From a virus: a stretch of 64,000 nt of DNA. The DNA is taken from IMG/VR virus record IMGVR_UViG_3300024180_000005, positions 1 through 64,000 of that record; one strand, written 5' to 3'. The notes under the pieces were generated by a model. It did not search any database. It was not told the origin of the DNA and worked only from the letters and a program-made list of their open reading frames with translations. The first letter of the stretch is position 1. Each line of letters begins with the position of its first letter. A program made the position numbers and the translations under genes. Below are positions 9,934-20,600 of the stretch, in pieces.

Positions 9934-11145
9934 TTAATCTTCGTTTTCGTCTTCTGGTACATCTATAAAGAAAATAGAGGCATCTCTTTCTTTCAAAAAT
10001 TCTCTGGCGATTTTCAACTTTCTTGTTTGATCGGATACCCAATCTTTTGCTAAGTCATAGACATCAGTGTTTCCTTTTGATAAAGACATAACGTATCCAA
10101 AGTTTCTTTCTTTTCTATATTTCAAGGCGAAAGTCTTTCTCATTAGTTGTAATCTTAAATCTCCAGTCCAGTCTTTACCTACACCACCTTCAATAAACAA
10201 CTCATAAGATTCATTTATATCTTTTACTTTTTCAGAAACAGCGTGTTTTACAACAGCTATTATCTTTTCGATTCTAGCATGTGCCTCTACTTCTTCTTCT
10301 GGTATTTGACCTAAAATATCATCGATTTTTTCATCCAAAACATATCTAACCAAAACATGTTCTCTATATAAGTCATTAGTCAATAAACCATGTCTCTCAC
10401 AATACCAAGATGTTTTAATCTTTATGAAAAGACCGTTCGTAAATTCTATGATCCATCCTTCTTTATCTTCTACTTTATTAGACATTTCAATAATCTCATC
10501 TAATGAATAAGTATAAGATGGTGCAACTTTCAAAGTGCCTATTTCTTTAGAGAATTTAGATAAGTCTAAATATTCACCAGTTTTATTATCTCTTAATCTT
10601 AGTAAAATCAATTCTTCATCTAAGTATCTTAAAACGATTCTATTATTTGGTGCAACATATTCAAATATAGCAACATAATCGTTATCTAAAGACCAGTCTA
10701 CGAATCTTTTCAAATCCGTGTTTGATTTATATAATCTATTCATACCCAATGCTTGATCAGACTCGAAAGACATTTTAGATTTACCTAAAACAGAACCATT
10801 TGGTAATCTTACGAAAGATGCGATGGAACCATCTTCTTTGTTATAGATTGATTTTATTTTTAAATCCTCAACTAAAGAATATTGAGACTCCGCAACTTGG
10901 TTTAAGTTAAAGAATTTGTGTAGTAATAAATATCTTTTGAATAAAGAACCATCCTTGTTAAAAACATACGTCAATCCCCTCATTTCGAATGCCAAGTTGT
11001 CTATGAAGTCAGAATATTGTGCAAGTCTATAGTTGAATATAGATACATTATACCCATCAATCACAAACTTTGATTCATAGAATGTTGAATCTATACCTAA
11101 AGTAAGTGTAGCCGCTTCGTCATATGATAATAAGTATCTTTCCAT
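9934..11145 (-). CDS. T4 Rnl1-like RNA ligase
   Basis: EMRGL, KFFNLN, motif I KEDGS, FEYVAPNNRIV, EGWII, KIK. Confidence 0.9.
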   Translation of the reverse strand: MERYLLSYDEAATLTLGIDSTFYESKFVIDGYNVSIFNYRLAQYSDFIDNLAFEMRGLTYVFNKDGSLFKRYLLLHKFFNLNQVAESQYSLVEDLKIKSIYNKEDGSIASFVRLPNGSVLGKSKMSFESDQALGMNRLYKSNTDLKRFVDWSLDNDYVAIFEYVAPNNRIVLRYLDEELILLRLRDNKTGEYLDLSKFSKEIGTLKVAPSYTYSLDEIIEMSNKVEDKEGWIIEFTNGLFIKIKTSWYCERHGLLTNDLYREHVLVRYVLDEKIDDILGQIPEEEVEAHARIEKIIAVVKHAVSEKVKDINESYELFIEGGVGKDWTGDLRLQLMRKTFALKYRKERNFGYVMSLSKGNTDVYDLAKDWVSDQTRKLKIAREFLKERDASIFFIDVPEDENED

Positions 11146-11162
11146 CTTCGTTGTTTAGAATA

Positions 11163-11170
11163 CAAATATA
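11163..11170 (-). promoter_or_regulatory. Bacteroidota-type -7 promoter box TATATTTG (TAnnTTTG)
   Basis: Upstream of RNA ligase; same box recurs before at least 11 minus-strand genes. Confidence 0.75.
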
Positions 11171-11195
11171 AGAAATTTATTTTAATATATAATAT

Positions 11196-11840
11196 ATGAA
11201 GTATATAAAACAGTTTGAAAACTTTCTAATAAATGAGGGTAGGTATGATAAAATAAGTAATGAGATATCATCTAGTATATTTAATCACTGGAAAAATGAT
11301 TTTTTATCAGGTGAAGTGGAATCTACTTTTGAAGATACTTTTGAAAATAAAGATTTGTATATCGACATAGTAGCAGTTATTAACTTTTCAAAGGATTATG
11401 AGAAAGGTTTAACTATTGATGCTGGTGCTGATGAATCAACTAATTATATTGAAGTTTGTTTTGAGGTAAACCCAGATTTACTCCCAAGATTTTGGCAAGA
11501 AATATCTATGAATTTAAAAGATGTTATTAGACATGAAATTGAACATCTTACACATGGAGATGGTGAAAACTTAAACCCATATAAAAAAATGGAAGATGAT
11601 AGATTCATAAGAGATATGATTTCTGCAAAGATTTTACCTAAATCCATGTATTTTAAGTTGGAAAAAGAAATAGATGCTAATCTACAGGGAATGTATTTTA
11701 GAGCAAAAAAAGAACACAAACCACTTTCAGATATAATCAACCAATATTTAGATTTACAAGATATTACAATTGATGAGAAGAATGATATACTAGATCTTTG
11801 GAGAAAGAGGGCAGAGATTCTTAATCTACCTAATTTTTAA
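11196..11840 (+). CDS. HExxH putative metalloprotein with CTS-like N-terminus (MKYIKQFENFLINE)
   Basis: RHEIEH...EIDA zincin-like motif; late box 11183-11191. Confidence 0.7.
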   Translation: MKYIKQFENFLINEGRYDKISNEISSSIFNHWKNDFLSGEVESTFEDTFENKDLYIDIVAVINFSKDYEKGLTIDAGADESTNYIEVCFEVNPDLLPRFWQEISMNLKDVIRHEIEHLTHGDGENLNPYKKMEDDRFIRDMISAKILPKSMYFKLEKEIDANLQGMYFRAKKEHKPLSDIINQYLDLQDITIDEKNDILDLWRKRAEILNLPNF

Positions 11841-11852
11841 GATATATACGAT

Positions 11853-12362
11853 ATGAGTAGAAAATCTTCAATAAATAAAATTAAGAGAGATAACTCTAAA
11901 TCTAAAAGTATAGAGGCCGCTATGTGTATGTATCTATATGAGAAATCACATTCACCAATCACAACCAGATTTACAGGAATGGGTCTTCAAGAGTGTGATG
12001 TAATATCTATATCAAAATCTGATTATATATATGAGTATGAGATTAAGACAAGTAGAGCGGATTTTAAAAAGGATTTTATTAAAGAGAAACACACACATAT
12101 AATAAATGAGAAATATACAAAAACTATTAAAGGTGAGTTAGTTTATTTATTACCAAACTATTTTAGTTTTGTTACACCAAGAGATTTGATAACTGTAGAT
12201 GAAGTTCCTGATTATGCTGGTTTAATCTATATGAATGAGGATTCTTCCTTTGAAGTCATAAAGAAACCAAAGTTATTACATAAGACTAAGGCAAATGAAG
12301 AGTTCATACGAAAGTTGGCACACAACCTAAGCTGCAAGCTTATTTTCAATAAAATAGTTTAG
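11853..12362 (+). CDS. PD-(D/E)XK nuclease-fold protein (MmcB-like)
   Basis: ECDVI...EYEIKTSRADFKKD...PNYFSFVTP...VPDYAGLI. Confidence 0.75.
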   Translation: MSRKSSINKIKRDNSKSKSIEAAMCMYLYEKSHSPITTRFTGMGLQECDVISISKSDYIYEYEIKTSRADFKKDFIKEKHTHIINEKYTKTIKGELVYLLPNYFSFVTPRDLITVDEVPDYAGLIYMNEDSSFEVIKKPKLLHKTKANEEFIRKLAHNLSCKLIFNKIV

Positions 12363-12778
12363 GATTTCTTTTCTTTTTTATATCTATCAATAACTCTCTT
12401 ACGTAACTCTGTTGTAGAGAATGAATGTTTTCTAGTATTATAATACATTTCAATATGATCTAAATCTTTACCAGTAAATTCTTTCTCTTTATATTCTTCA
12501 CCAATAACTCTTAAATTTATTGGATATGTGTATAGAATATCTAATAGGTCTTTTTCGGTAGAATAAACAACAACTTCATCAACATATTTACAAGATTCTA
12601 ATTGTATAAACCTCTCAACAACACTTTGTATTGGTTTATTCTTTTCTGGTCTATCTATAGTTGGATCTGTTTGAAGTCCTACTATAAGATAGTCACATTT
12701 AGATTTTGCTTCTTTTAACATCATTATATGTCCTGCGTGAAATAGATCAAAGCAAGAACAAGTGAATCCTGTCTTCAT
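12359..12778 (-). CDS. Cytidylyltransferase (TagD / glycerol-3-phosphate cytidylyltransferase-like)
   Basis: FDLFHAGH, LIVGLQTD, YVDEV, SFSTTELR. Confidence 0.9.
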   Translation of the reverse strand: MKTGFTCSCFDLFHAGHIMMLKEAKSKCDYLIVGLQTDPTIDRPEKNKPIQSVVERFIQLESCKYVDEVVVYSTEKDLLDILYTYPINLRVIGEEYKEKEFTGKDLDHIEMYYNTRKHSFSTTELRKRVIDRYKKEKKS

Positions 12779-13014
12779 ATATTCAATAAAAATAGATTTA
12801 ATATTCGATCAGTCTTGTCGAATTGGTTTCCTTTAGAATCGGTTACGCTTATCTCACCACTAACGAAGTTCTCTATCAGAAAGTAATCGTTGATAATATC
12901 ATCACTCTCACACTTTTCGAAAACGACATGTTCTTTTGTCTCCCAGGCATAGGAGATTCCAAGTTCTTTTCGTTTTCTAAAAAGATTCGTGTTTGTGGCT
13001 CTTTCTGAAATCAT
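12775..13014 (-). CDS. Hypothetical protein
   Basis: ORF with 4-nt overlaps to both neighbours. Confidence 0.6.
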   Translation of the reverse strand: MISERATNTNLFRKRKELGISYAWETKEHVVFEKCESDDIINDYFLIENFVSGEISVTDSKGNQFDKTDRILNLFLLNI

Positions 13015-13220
13015 AATACCTTGATTTCTTTAGGTATCTGATTTTCTGTTATTTCGTATTCCTTTATATTAGTTTTTGTGTTGTTCACAACTACGAATTT
13101 AAAAGTCGTCTTGTTATCATATGTTCTTCTAACATGGTAATACTCGTCTATAGAACCATGCGTATGCACGGTTCCCAAATGCTTTCTATCTTCTGTATAA
13201 TTCAATATTTCCATATTCAT
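13011..13220 (-). CDS. Hypothetical protein
   Basis: ORF overlapping the next gene. Confidence 0.55.
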   Translation of the reverse strand: MNMEILNYTEDRKHLGTVHTHGSIDEYYHVRRTYDNKTTFKFVVVNNTKTNIKEYEITENQIPKEIKVL

Positions 13221-13247
13221 TATATGGAAAAGTCTAAAAATGTTTTA

Positions 13248-13433
13248 TTATAAAGATGATTTAGCAGACTCATATTGTTTATCCGAAAGAACTTTTATCT
13301 CTCTTCCATTAAACTCTTCTTTAGAAAGATATTTACTCGTCTTTAAAGTTTTTTGTAATGATAATATAAAGGTATTTGTCCCATCATATTTTCTTATTTT
13401 CTTATTAAGTTCTACTTTTTCTTCTATTTTCAT
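13248..13433 (-). CDS. Hypothetical protein
   Basis: 61-aa ORF with protein-like composition. Confidence 0.6.
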   Translation of the reverse strand: MKIEEKVELNKKIRKYDGTNTFILSLQKTLKTSKYLSKEEFNGREIKVLSDKQYESAKSSL

Positions 13434-13507
13434 TTTACTATTTTTTATAAAATTACATATAAACTTTGTATAATCAAAATTATATAAGAAATAAAAAATA
13501 TTATTAT

Positions 13508-13996
13508 ATGATAATAAAGTTAAGAGCAGAAGATATTGTAAAACGTTGTTTATGGGATAATTATGTTTACTACATACTTAGCGGTTCCGATAAAGAGGCA
13601 CAAAGGATTCTTAATGAAAATGAAGAAGTAGAGATTAGTGAGAAAGATGCACTTGTAATTGGATTACTTAAAGTTATTGAAACTGATAATCTTATCCACA
13701 AGTTTAATGGATACATAATGGAAGTATTGACAAATAAATCTTTAAAGGAAAAAGATACATTATTAGTTAGAAAGAAGGCATTGGATGCCGCATTAGATAA
13801 GTTTGTTGATAAATTTCCTGATTATTGGAAACCAGGTGCCAATTATAGACATGGTCTATCAGATTTAGTTGAATATATTGAAAATATGAAATCTTCAATA
13901 GGATTATTAGAGGTTTATAAAATTGTTGATAAAAATATAACTTTTGAGTTTTATAACTCAAATAACGTAAGAAAACTATTAAAATTTAACTATTGA
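13508..13996 (+). CDS. Hypothetical protein (start likely ATG 13508)
   Basis: First gene of the grpE-dnaJ run. Confidence 0.7.
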   Translation: MIIKLRAEDIVKRCLWDNYVYYILSGSDKEAQRILNENEEVEISEKDALVIGLLKVIETDNLIHKFNGYIMEVLTNKSLKEKDTLLVRKKALDAALDKFVDKFPDYWKPGANYRHGLSDLVEYIENMKSSIGLLEVYKIVDKNITFEFYNSNNVRKLLKFNY

Positions 13997-13999
13997 GAA

Positions 14000-14494
14000 A
14001 TGAAAAAGGATAAAGTTGAAGATATAAAAACAGAAGACAATATAAGTGGTGAAGATTACACGAATTATACGGTAACACAGGATTCTACATTAGAAGAAAA
14101 ACTGAAAGAAGAACAAAATAAATACTTACTTCTTTACTCAGATTTTGAAAACTACAAAAAAAGAACTCATAAAGAAAAAGAAGAACTGAAAAATAATACT
14201 AAAGTAAGTATGATAACTTCAATCTTAGATATGGATAATGATTTGGAACTTGCCATTAAAAATATAAAAGATGATTCTGCACGAGAAGGTGTTGAACTTA
14301 TTGTATCTAAAGTTCATACTTTTTTAAGATCACAAGGTATCGAAACTATACAAACAGAAACTTATGATATAGACTTACATGATGTTGTTTCAGTTTTAGA
14401 TATTGGTGAGACCAAGATTGTTGATGTTATTAGTAAAGGTTATTCATTAAATGGTAAACCATTTAGATATCCTAAAATTGTATTGGGTAGATAA
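14000..14494 (+). CDS. grpE: Nucleotide exchange factor GrpE
   Basis: SDFENYKKR, ILDMDNDLELA, KGYSLNGKPFRYPKIV. Confidence 0.9.
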   Translation: MKKDKVEDIKTEDNISGEDYTNYTVTQDSTLEEKLKEEQNKYLLLYSDFENYKKRTHKEKEELKNNTKVSMITSILDMDNDLELAIKNIKDDSAREGVELIVSKVHTFLRSQGIETIQTETYDIDLHDVVSVLDIGETKIVDVISKGYSLNGKPFRYPKIVLGR

Positions 14495-14495
14495 A

Positions 14496-14996
14496 ATGTC
14501 AAGTAACATAATAAAAGATTTAAAGAGTAAACCGGAATATAGAAAATTCATTATAGAATCTCTTTGTCAAGGAGAAAGAGATTTAGAAAGTCTATTAGAT
14601 TATGTAATAGATAATAAGTTACATATTTTTGATATTGATGATTTCCAAGGTTCATTTTATTATGAAGATGATGAAACAATAGACTTAGTTCTCCCTACAA
14701 TTAGAAGAGTTTGGGGAAGAGTTTTCATTGATCCACCAGAAATACTTAAAGAAAAGAAGTTGGAATTTTTCCAACTTCTTTTTGATATTGACGACTTTAT
14801 AGATTATTTGTTAGATATAATACCAAAAGTCAAAACTTCTTTAATAGAATTTGATAAATTGGATAGAACCGCAGAAACTTTGGTTCTAATTGTTGATAAC
14901 TATATTTCGAGACTTTTGGAAGAAACTCGCAATAGCGACGATATATTAGCAGATATAAGAGATTTAAAAATAAAGAAAACATTAAGAAGATGGTAA
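14496..14996 (+). CDS. Hypothetical protein with LPTIRRVW segment and C-terminal IRDLKIKKTL motif
   Basis: ATG immediately after the grpE stop. Confidence 0.7.
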   Translation: MSSNIIKDLKSKPEYRKFIIESLCQGERDLESLLDYVIDNKLHIFDIDDFQGSFYYEDDETIDLVLPTIRRVWGRVFIDPPEILKEKKLEFFQLLFDIDDFIDYLLDIIPKVKTSLIEFDKLDRTAETLVLIVDNYISRLLEETRNSDDILADIRDLKIKKTLRRW

Positions 14997-15334
14997 ACTG
15001 GTATATAAATAGTAAATTATCTAAGACTCAACAATATTTAAAGAAAGTAGAAGAGACGGTCGGACCATTTATGGAATATTTTATAGGTAGAATCTCGGAT
15101 ATTGAAGAATATGACATAGAAAAGATAGAAGAACTTTATAAAGAGATATTTGATGAGCTACCAGTTATGAGACTTCGCACAAGTAAAGACTATAACTATT
15201 CTCCATATTCAAAAGAAATGGAGATATGGCTAGAATACAACTCGTACACAGATATAATCTTTGTCGACCCTAAGAAGTCGATAAGAAGAGAGATACAACT
15301 AAACAACCTATTTAAAGATGATGAAAAAATATGA
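14990..15334 (+). CDS. Hypothetical protein with C-terminal RREIQLNNLF motif
   Basis: ORF overlapping both neighbours. Confidence 0.7.
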   Translation: MVNWYINSKLSKTQQYLKKVEETVGPFMEYFIGRISDIEEYDIEKIEELYKEIFDELPVMRLRTSKDYNYSPYSKEMEIWLEYNSYTDIIFVDPKKSIRREIQLNNLFKDDEKI

Positions 15335-15608
15335 TGATTTTAAAAAAGATAAAGATGCACTTTATCTAACGAAAGAGGAGATAGCCACAGTCAAATGGAC
15401 TAAATATGTGATTGTCGTACCTACAGAGGAAGACAGAAACGAACTTATGGAAGCATTCGAACATATCCACTACTCTGACATAGATACAGACAACATAGCG
15501 GTCAACCAGCTCGCACACGAGTATCTGGATGATGATAGAGAACCAGGAACATACAACAACATAGTAGTAGATCCAGTCGCTTATGAAAAAATGAGAGTAA
15601 AGAGGTGA
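15318..15608 (+). CDS. Hypothetical acidic protein
   Basis: ORF in operon. Confidence 0.7.
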   Translation: MMKKYDDFKKDKDALYLTKEEIATVKWTKYVIVVPTEEDRNELMEAFEHIHYSDIDTDNIAVNQLAHEYLDDDREPGTYNNIVVDPVAYEKMRVKR

Positions 15609-15847
15609 AGACAGTTATTTTTAAAATACCAGTTGGTAGAATGCCAACATCTAAAAAGAAATGGTGGCAGATTTGGAGAAAGAAAGGTGATTCTGCAGAC
15701 GAAGCTATTGCTCGAGCAATTTAAAAATATTCCGAAGATCTAAATTGGAAACGTATAGATAGAAGGTGGAAGATAAACAAAATATATAGTCTTGGGATAG
15801 AAAATACTTTTCCTTATAAAAAAGATTATTGGCTCCCTAATAAATAG
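15605..15847 (+). pseudogene. Unannotated 80-codon reading frame resembling a T4 gp20 portal segment, with in-frame TAA at 15722-15724
   Basis: GTG overlaps previous stop; MKTVIFKIPVGRMP...ADEAIARAI*KYSED...PYKKDYWLPNK*. Confidence 0.55.
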
Positions 15848-15869
15848 TAAAAAAATATAACAAAAAACA

Positions 15870-16925
15870 ATGAGTGATTATTATAGCATTTTAGGCGTCG
15901 ATAGAAACGCCAGCGAAGAACAAATCAAGAAAGCTTATAGAAAGAAAGCGATGGAATTCCATCCTGATAAAAATCCAGGCAACCCTACAGCTGAAACAAA
16001 ATTCAAAGAAGCGGCTGAAGCATATGATGTACTTTCAGATGCTGGTAAAAAGTCTAACTATGACAATTATGGTTCTACTAACGGAAATCCTTTCGGAGGT
16101 GGTGGTAATCCATTCGGTGGTCACGGATTTGATATGGAAGATATCTTCTCTCAATTTGGAGATATTTTTGGAAATAGAGGTGGTAGACAACAAAAAAGAC
16201 AAAAAAAGGGATCTGATTTGAGAATTAAGGTGGTTCTTAATATAGATGAGATACTAAAAGGTTGTACTAAAAAATTAAAATATAAAAGACAAGTAAAATG
16301 TGATCCTTGTAATGGTCAAGGTGGTACTGATATACGAGAGTGTTTAACTTGTAATGGTCGTGGACACAGAATCGTTGTTCAGAATACACCATTTGGTCAA
16401 ATGAGAACCGAAACAACTTGTCCAGATTGTAATGGTAGTGGTAAACAAATTAAAAATAAGTGTAATCATTGTCATGGTGAAGGAACTCAATTAAAAGAAC
16501 AAGTTGTTGATGTTGAAATACCTGTTGGTGTTTCAACGGGTATGCAACTTACTATGCAACAATTTGGTAACTATATCAGAGATGGTATTGCAGGTGATTT
16601 ACAGATAATAGTTGAAGAGGCACAGGATTTTTCATACAAAAGAGAGAATAATAATATCATAGTTGAGAAAACCATTTCTGTTATTGATGCAATATGTGGA
16701 TCACACATTAAAGTTTCAACACCAAATGGTGAAATGTCAGTTTATATAGAACCAGGAACAACACATGGTAAGACTCTAAGAATAGGTGGTAAAGGAATTC
16801 CTGATATACATTATGGATTAGGCGACTTATTTATCAGAATAAATATTAAAATACCAAAAAATATTGATTTAGACGAGAAACATCTTTTAGAGAAACTAAA
16901 AGATTCTAAAAACTTCCAAGTCTAA
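15870..16925 (+). CDS. dnaJ: Chaperone DnaJ
   Basis: J-domain HPD, G/F-rich linker, four CxxCxGxG repeats, C-terminal domain. Confidence 0.97.
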   Translation: MSDYYSILGVDRNASEEQIKKAYRKKAMEFHPDKNPGNPTAETKFKEAAEAYDVLSDAGKKSNYDNYGSTNGNPFGGGGNPFGGHGFDMEDIFSQFGDIFGNRGGRQQKRQKKGSDLRIKVVLNIDEILKGCTKKLKYKRQVKCDPCNGQGGTDIRECLTCNGRGHRIVVQNTPFGQMRTETTCPDCNGSGKQIKNKCNHCHGEGTQLKEQVVDVEIPVGVSTGMQLTMQQFGNYIRDGIAGDLQIIVEEAQDFSYKRENNNIIVEKTISVIDAICGSHIKVSTPNGEMSVYIEPGTTHGKTLRIGGKGIPDIHYGLGDLFIRINIKIPKNIDLDEKHLLEKLKDSKNFQV

Positions 16926-16961
16926 AAATGATATTTTTATATATAAATAAAAAATAATTTT

Positions 16962-17396
16962 ATGTTAAGTTTAAATAAAATATCAATATCATGTTCAGAT
17001 TCTAAAGTATTAGATGAAATATTTAATATTTTAAATACAAAGTCTGTTGATTATGATATGAATAATTATCATCTATATTCTAAAAGCAATGTTAATTTTC
17101 TAGAATTATTTTTTGATGGTACAAAACCTTATGATGAATTTGGATTTGAATGGGCATATATAGAATCTTGTGTTAAATCTGAATCTATTTTACTAAATAT
17201 TTACTCGAATAATGGAAATCTTTCGATTTGGGTGGCGGAATTACTCAAGAAATATAAAATGTATAAACCAATAGAATTTGAAATAGACATTTCAATAGAA
17301 ATAACAAAGTCTGTTAAGTTTAAAAACTATGATATTAAAAAATATTGGATTGAAAGTGAATTACCAAAAGTAATTCAAAATAAAAAGGGTCTCTAA
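16962..17396 (+). CDS. Hypothetical protein
   Basis: ORF; TATAAATA at 16942-16949. Confidence 0.65.
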   Translation: MLSLNKISISCSDSKVLDEIFNILNTKSVDYDMNNYHLYSKSNVNFLELFFDGTKPYDEFGFEWAYIESCVKSESILLNIYSNNGNLSIWVAELLKKYKMYKPIEFEIDISIEITKSVKFKNYDIKKYWIESELPKVIQNKKGL

Positions 17397-17413
17397 TTAG
17401 AGACCCTTTTTTT
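17382..17413. terminator. Bidirectional terminator
   Basis: AAAAAGGGTCTCT-aatt-AGAGACCCTTTTT. Confidence 0.8.
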
Positions 17414-17588
17414 AATATATTATTTTTTTATGTTTAGGTTTTCTATTATAATCCTTTACAGATTTATGTACCTTATGTTTAGAAACCCAGCCTGTTGAGT
17501 TTTCTAACTCTATCTCTCGAGATGTCTTTTTATAAACATTTAGTATTTCCTTTTGTGTTATTTTCCCTATTTTTATTATACCCTTCAT
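17412..17588 (-). CDS. Unannotated 58-aa basic protein with ArfA-like C-terminus
   Basis: MKGIIKIG...KHKVHKSVKDYNRKPKHKKIIY*; TATATTTG box 17610-17617; ends at terminator. Confidence 0.65.
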   Translation of the reverse strand: MKGIIKIGKITQKEILNVYKKTSREIELENSTGWVSKHKVHKSVKDYNRKPKHKKIIY

Positions 17589-17642
17589 AGTTTCTATTCA
17601 TTAGAAATACAAATATAATAAAAATTACTTTATTTAAAAAAT

Positions 17643-20600
17643 CTATTCATATAAAATTGATATACTTCTAGTATAAGAATTTGATGGATATGTTTTTAAA
17701 ATTGATCCAGATCCATAATAATTTCCACCATTTGGATAATTAGTATTATTACTATAATATGTTCCACTTGATGTAGTTACAAAGGCTCTGAAAAATATAA
17801 TATTTGGCACATAATTAGTTTGTCCCAATGTACCACTTATAGGCCCTGATATGTTACCGGTATTGACTTCAAATGTAGTAGGTCCTATTGATGTAGAATA
17901 TGTAAAATAATTAGATATTGTTGGTGTGGTTGATGATGTTGCCCAACAAACTCCAGTATTTATTATTGTTTCTTCAGTATTTATTATATTTGAAAAAGTA
18001 ATTGATATAATACCCGGGAAAAATTCACTAACATTTTGTACAATAGGATCTATATCAATACTTATTGTTGTATTGAATGTCCAATTTTCATCAGACCAAG
18101 GATTAGGACCTTGCCAGATAGGTGTGTAACCAGTTTCCCACCCATTTTGCCAAGTGTTTATTATATCATAAACTCTTACGTGTCTAAATGCTCTAACTGA
18201 TGCAGTAGAACTCTTTGAAACATCATCTTTTATCAAACCAGTTGAACTTAAACTTTTAAATTCATATGCATATGCAGTGTTTGTTCCAGATTCTGTAGAT
18301 GACCAATATAATGGTTTAAGTAAATCACTACCTAAAACACTATCAATTACTTGTGATGCATTAAATGCGCTATTTAACTCAGTTATTGAGGGTAGATACC
18401 AATTCGTAAACCCACCTCCAGTATAGTCATCACATAATTTTGCAGCAGATGTTGTATGACCTGGTTGTGACATTATAGTATTACTATTAGATATACCATT
18501 GTGTTCAGAGGTGGCATTTGAAGCACTTGCAGAAACGTTACTAAAAACAGAAGAACTACTTATGTCTTCTAAAGACATAACTAAATAGTTAAATACGTTT
18601 GTTGGGTATTTCCACATAGCAACTATTATACCACCACCATAAAGTTCACCTATATACCTATAATTAGTTGGTTTTGTTAGGAAATAACTTTTATCAACCC
18701 ATGTACAGAGTCCATTTTCATCTGACCTAAGTATCTTATTATTACCTTTACCTTCAATATCCAAAACAAGATTTTGTGATATTGAGAATGTTGGATTACC
18801 ATTAAACTCATGTGAGAAAAATTTATTAGAGTCATTATATTCATCCTCATAAGAATGTTTAAAAGTATCATAGTTATTTTTAACCTCTTCATATGATAAA
18901 GTTTTATAGTAAACTCTAACTTGTGCAACATCACCATTAAAGGGGTACCATTGTGTTGGGTATGTATATTGAAATCCTAAAGGCCTATCAGTACCCTGTC
19001 CATCTCCAATTGCGAAGTTAAAGTCATTACCACCAAATTTACTTTGTGTACCTGTATTATAAGATTCTACACTTTTTATACCATTTATGTAAACTTTAGA
19101 AAGTGTATTATTTGATATGGTTTCGGTTGTAAAAACAACATGATACCATTTATTTAATTCTAAACCAGATGTTGATCTCAAATATGTTTGTTTGTTATTT
19201 ATATAATTTGAAAATAAAATTTTATCATTTTGGAATCCAAAATATGGTAGAACCTGACCCATAAACATATTTACCGATCCTGTTAGATTAGTATTAGGTG
19301 AGGAAACAGTGCCTGTACATCTAATCCAAGCTTCCCAACTCATATTTTCAGAAAGTATAATAGGATCATATTCTATTTTTGTGTTAAATCCATTAAATGT
19401 GAAGTACTTTCCTGGATATGGAGTTTGACTACTAGAATAAGTAGGTGATACATAACCGCTAGTAGTAACTATATTACCATCCGTGTGATTGCCACTGAGT
19501 TCTATTATTGTATTACCCGAACCACTATATGAACTATTTGAATCAAAATTCATTTTTAAATTGTTTTGCATAACACTTGGTAAAATCTCATATCTCTTCT
19601 TCTCAATGTTATAATTCTTCATTATTTCGTCTTTTGTAAGTGACCTATTGTAGATTCTAAATATAGAAACATCCATATTCATAAAATATTTATCAACAGA
19701 TTTCCAACCACCTATTCTACCAAAACCACCATTAAAATTTGTATTACCTAAACTTTGTGTACCAATAACTTGAGATAAAACTTGTTCATTCCCGTTTATA
19801 TAAATTTTATTATTACTATATGATTCACCACTAACCATTTCGAAAACATAATGTGCCCATCTATCGATAATATTTAAATTCTGAACGGTTGTATTCGATA
19901 TACCATATAAATCAGCAGCACCCGTATTAAAACCTAATCCACCACCAGATGTATAAACATCATAAATATTCCAACCAAAAATCATACTACCACTATATGG
20001 TGTTCCGTTTGGACCCAATTTTAACCAGGCCTCAACGGTAATTTTTGTTGAATTTCCAATTGGTGCCTTAAAATCAACATAAGAACCTATATTACTAAAA
20101 CTGGCAGAAGAAAATCTTAGAAATCCACTATCATCCGTAAAATAAACTGGCCCAGTTGCTTGATAACCACCATCTGTACCAGAAACAATTACTTCATCTA
20201 TTGATGGTCCTGTATATACCGATGATGATGTATATGATGCATTAGGTGCTGTTATTTTTATAGAAACAGTTTTTCCGTGATAAGAGTATAATGGTATTTT
20301 TATATCACTTGTACTCAAACCGGTTCCTGTAACTTCTTTTAATAAAGTATATGGTGTTGAATATCCCTCTTTCTGAATTGAAATATAAACATTAATATTT
20401 GCACCTGAGGAATTTAAAATAGAAGAAACATCAGATGTTTGAAACTGAATACTACTATCTTTATATTCAACTAAAAAGTATTTAGAAATAAAACTAGAAG
20501 TACCACCATTATTATACATAATAGGAGTTGTAGTTACTGAGTTTGTAATATTAGTTAAATACCACTCATCATATATAAAGTTTCCTAATGCATCACGATA

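Noticed and set aside
6850-16925. Bacterial chromosome origin suggested by dnaK, grpE, dnaJ, clpC and nrdB
   Set aside because: These are interleaved with T4-like neck, SSB and RNA ligase genes, late-type boxes and many small orphan ORFs, with no bacterial operon context.
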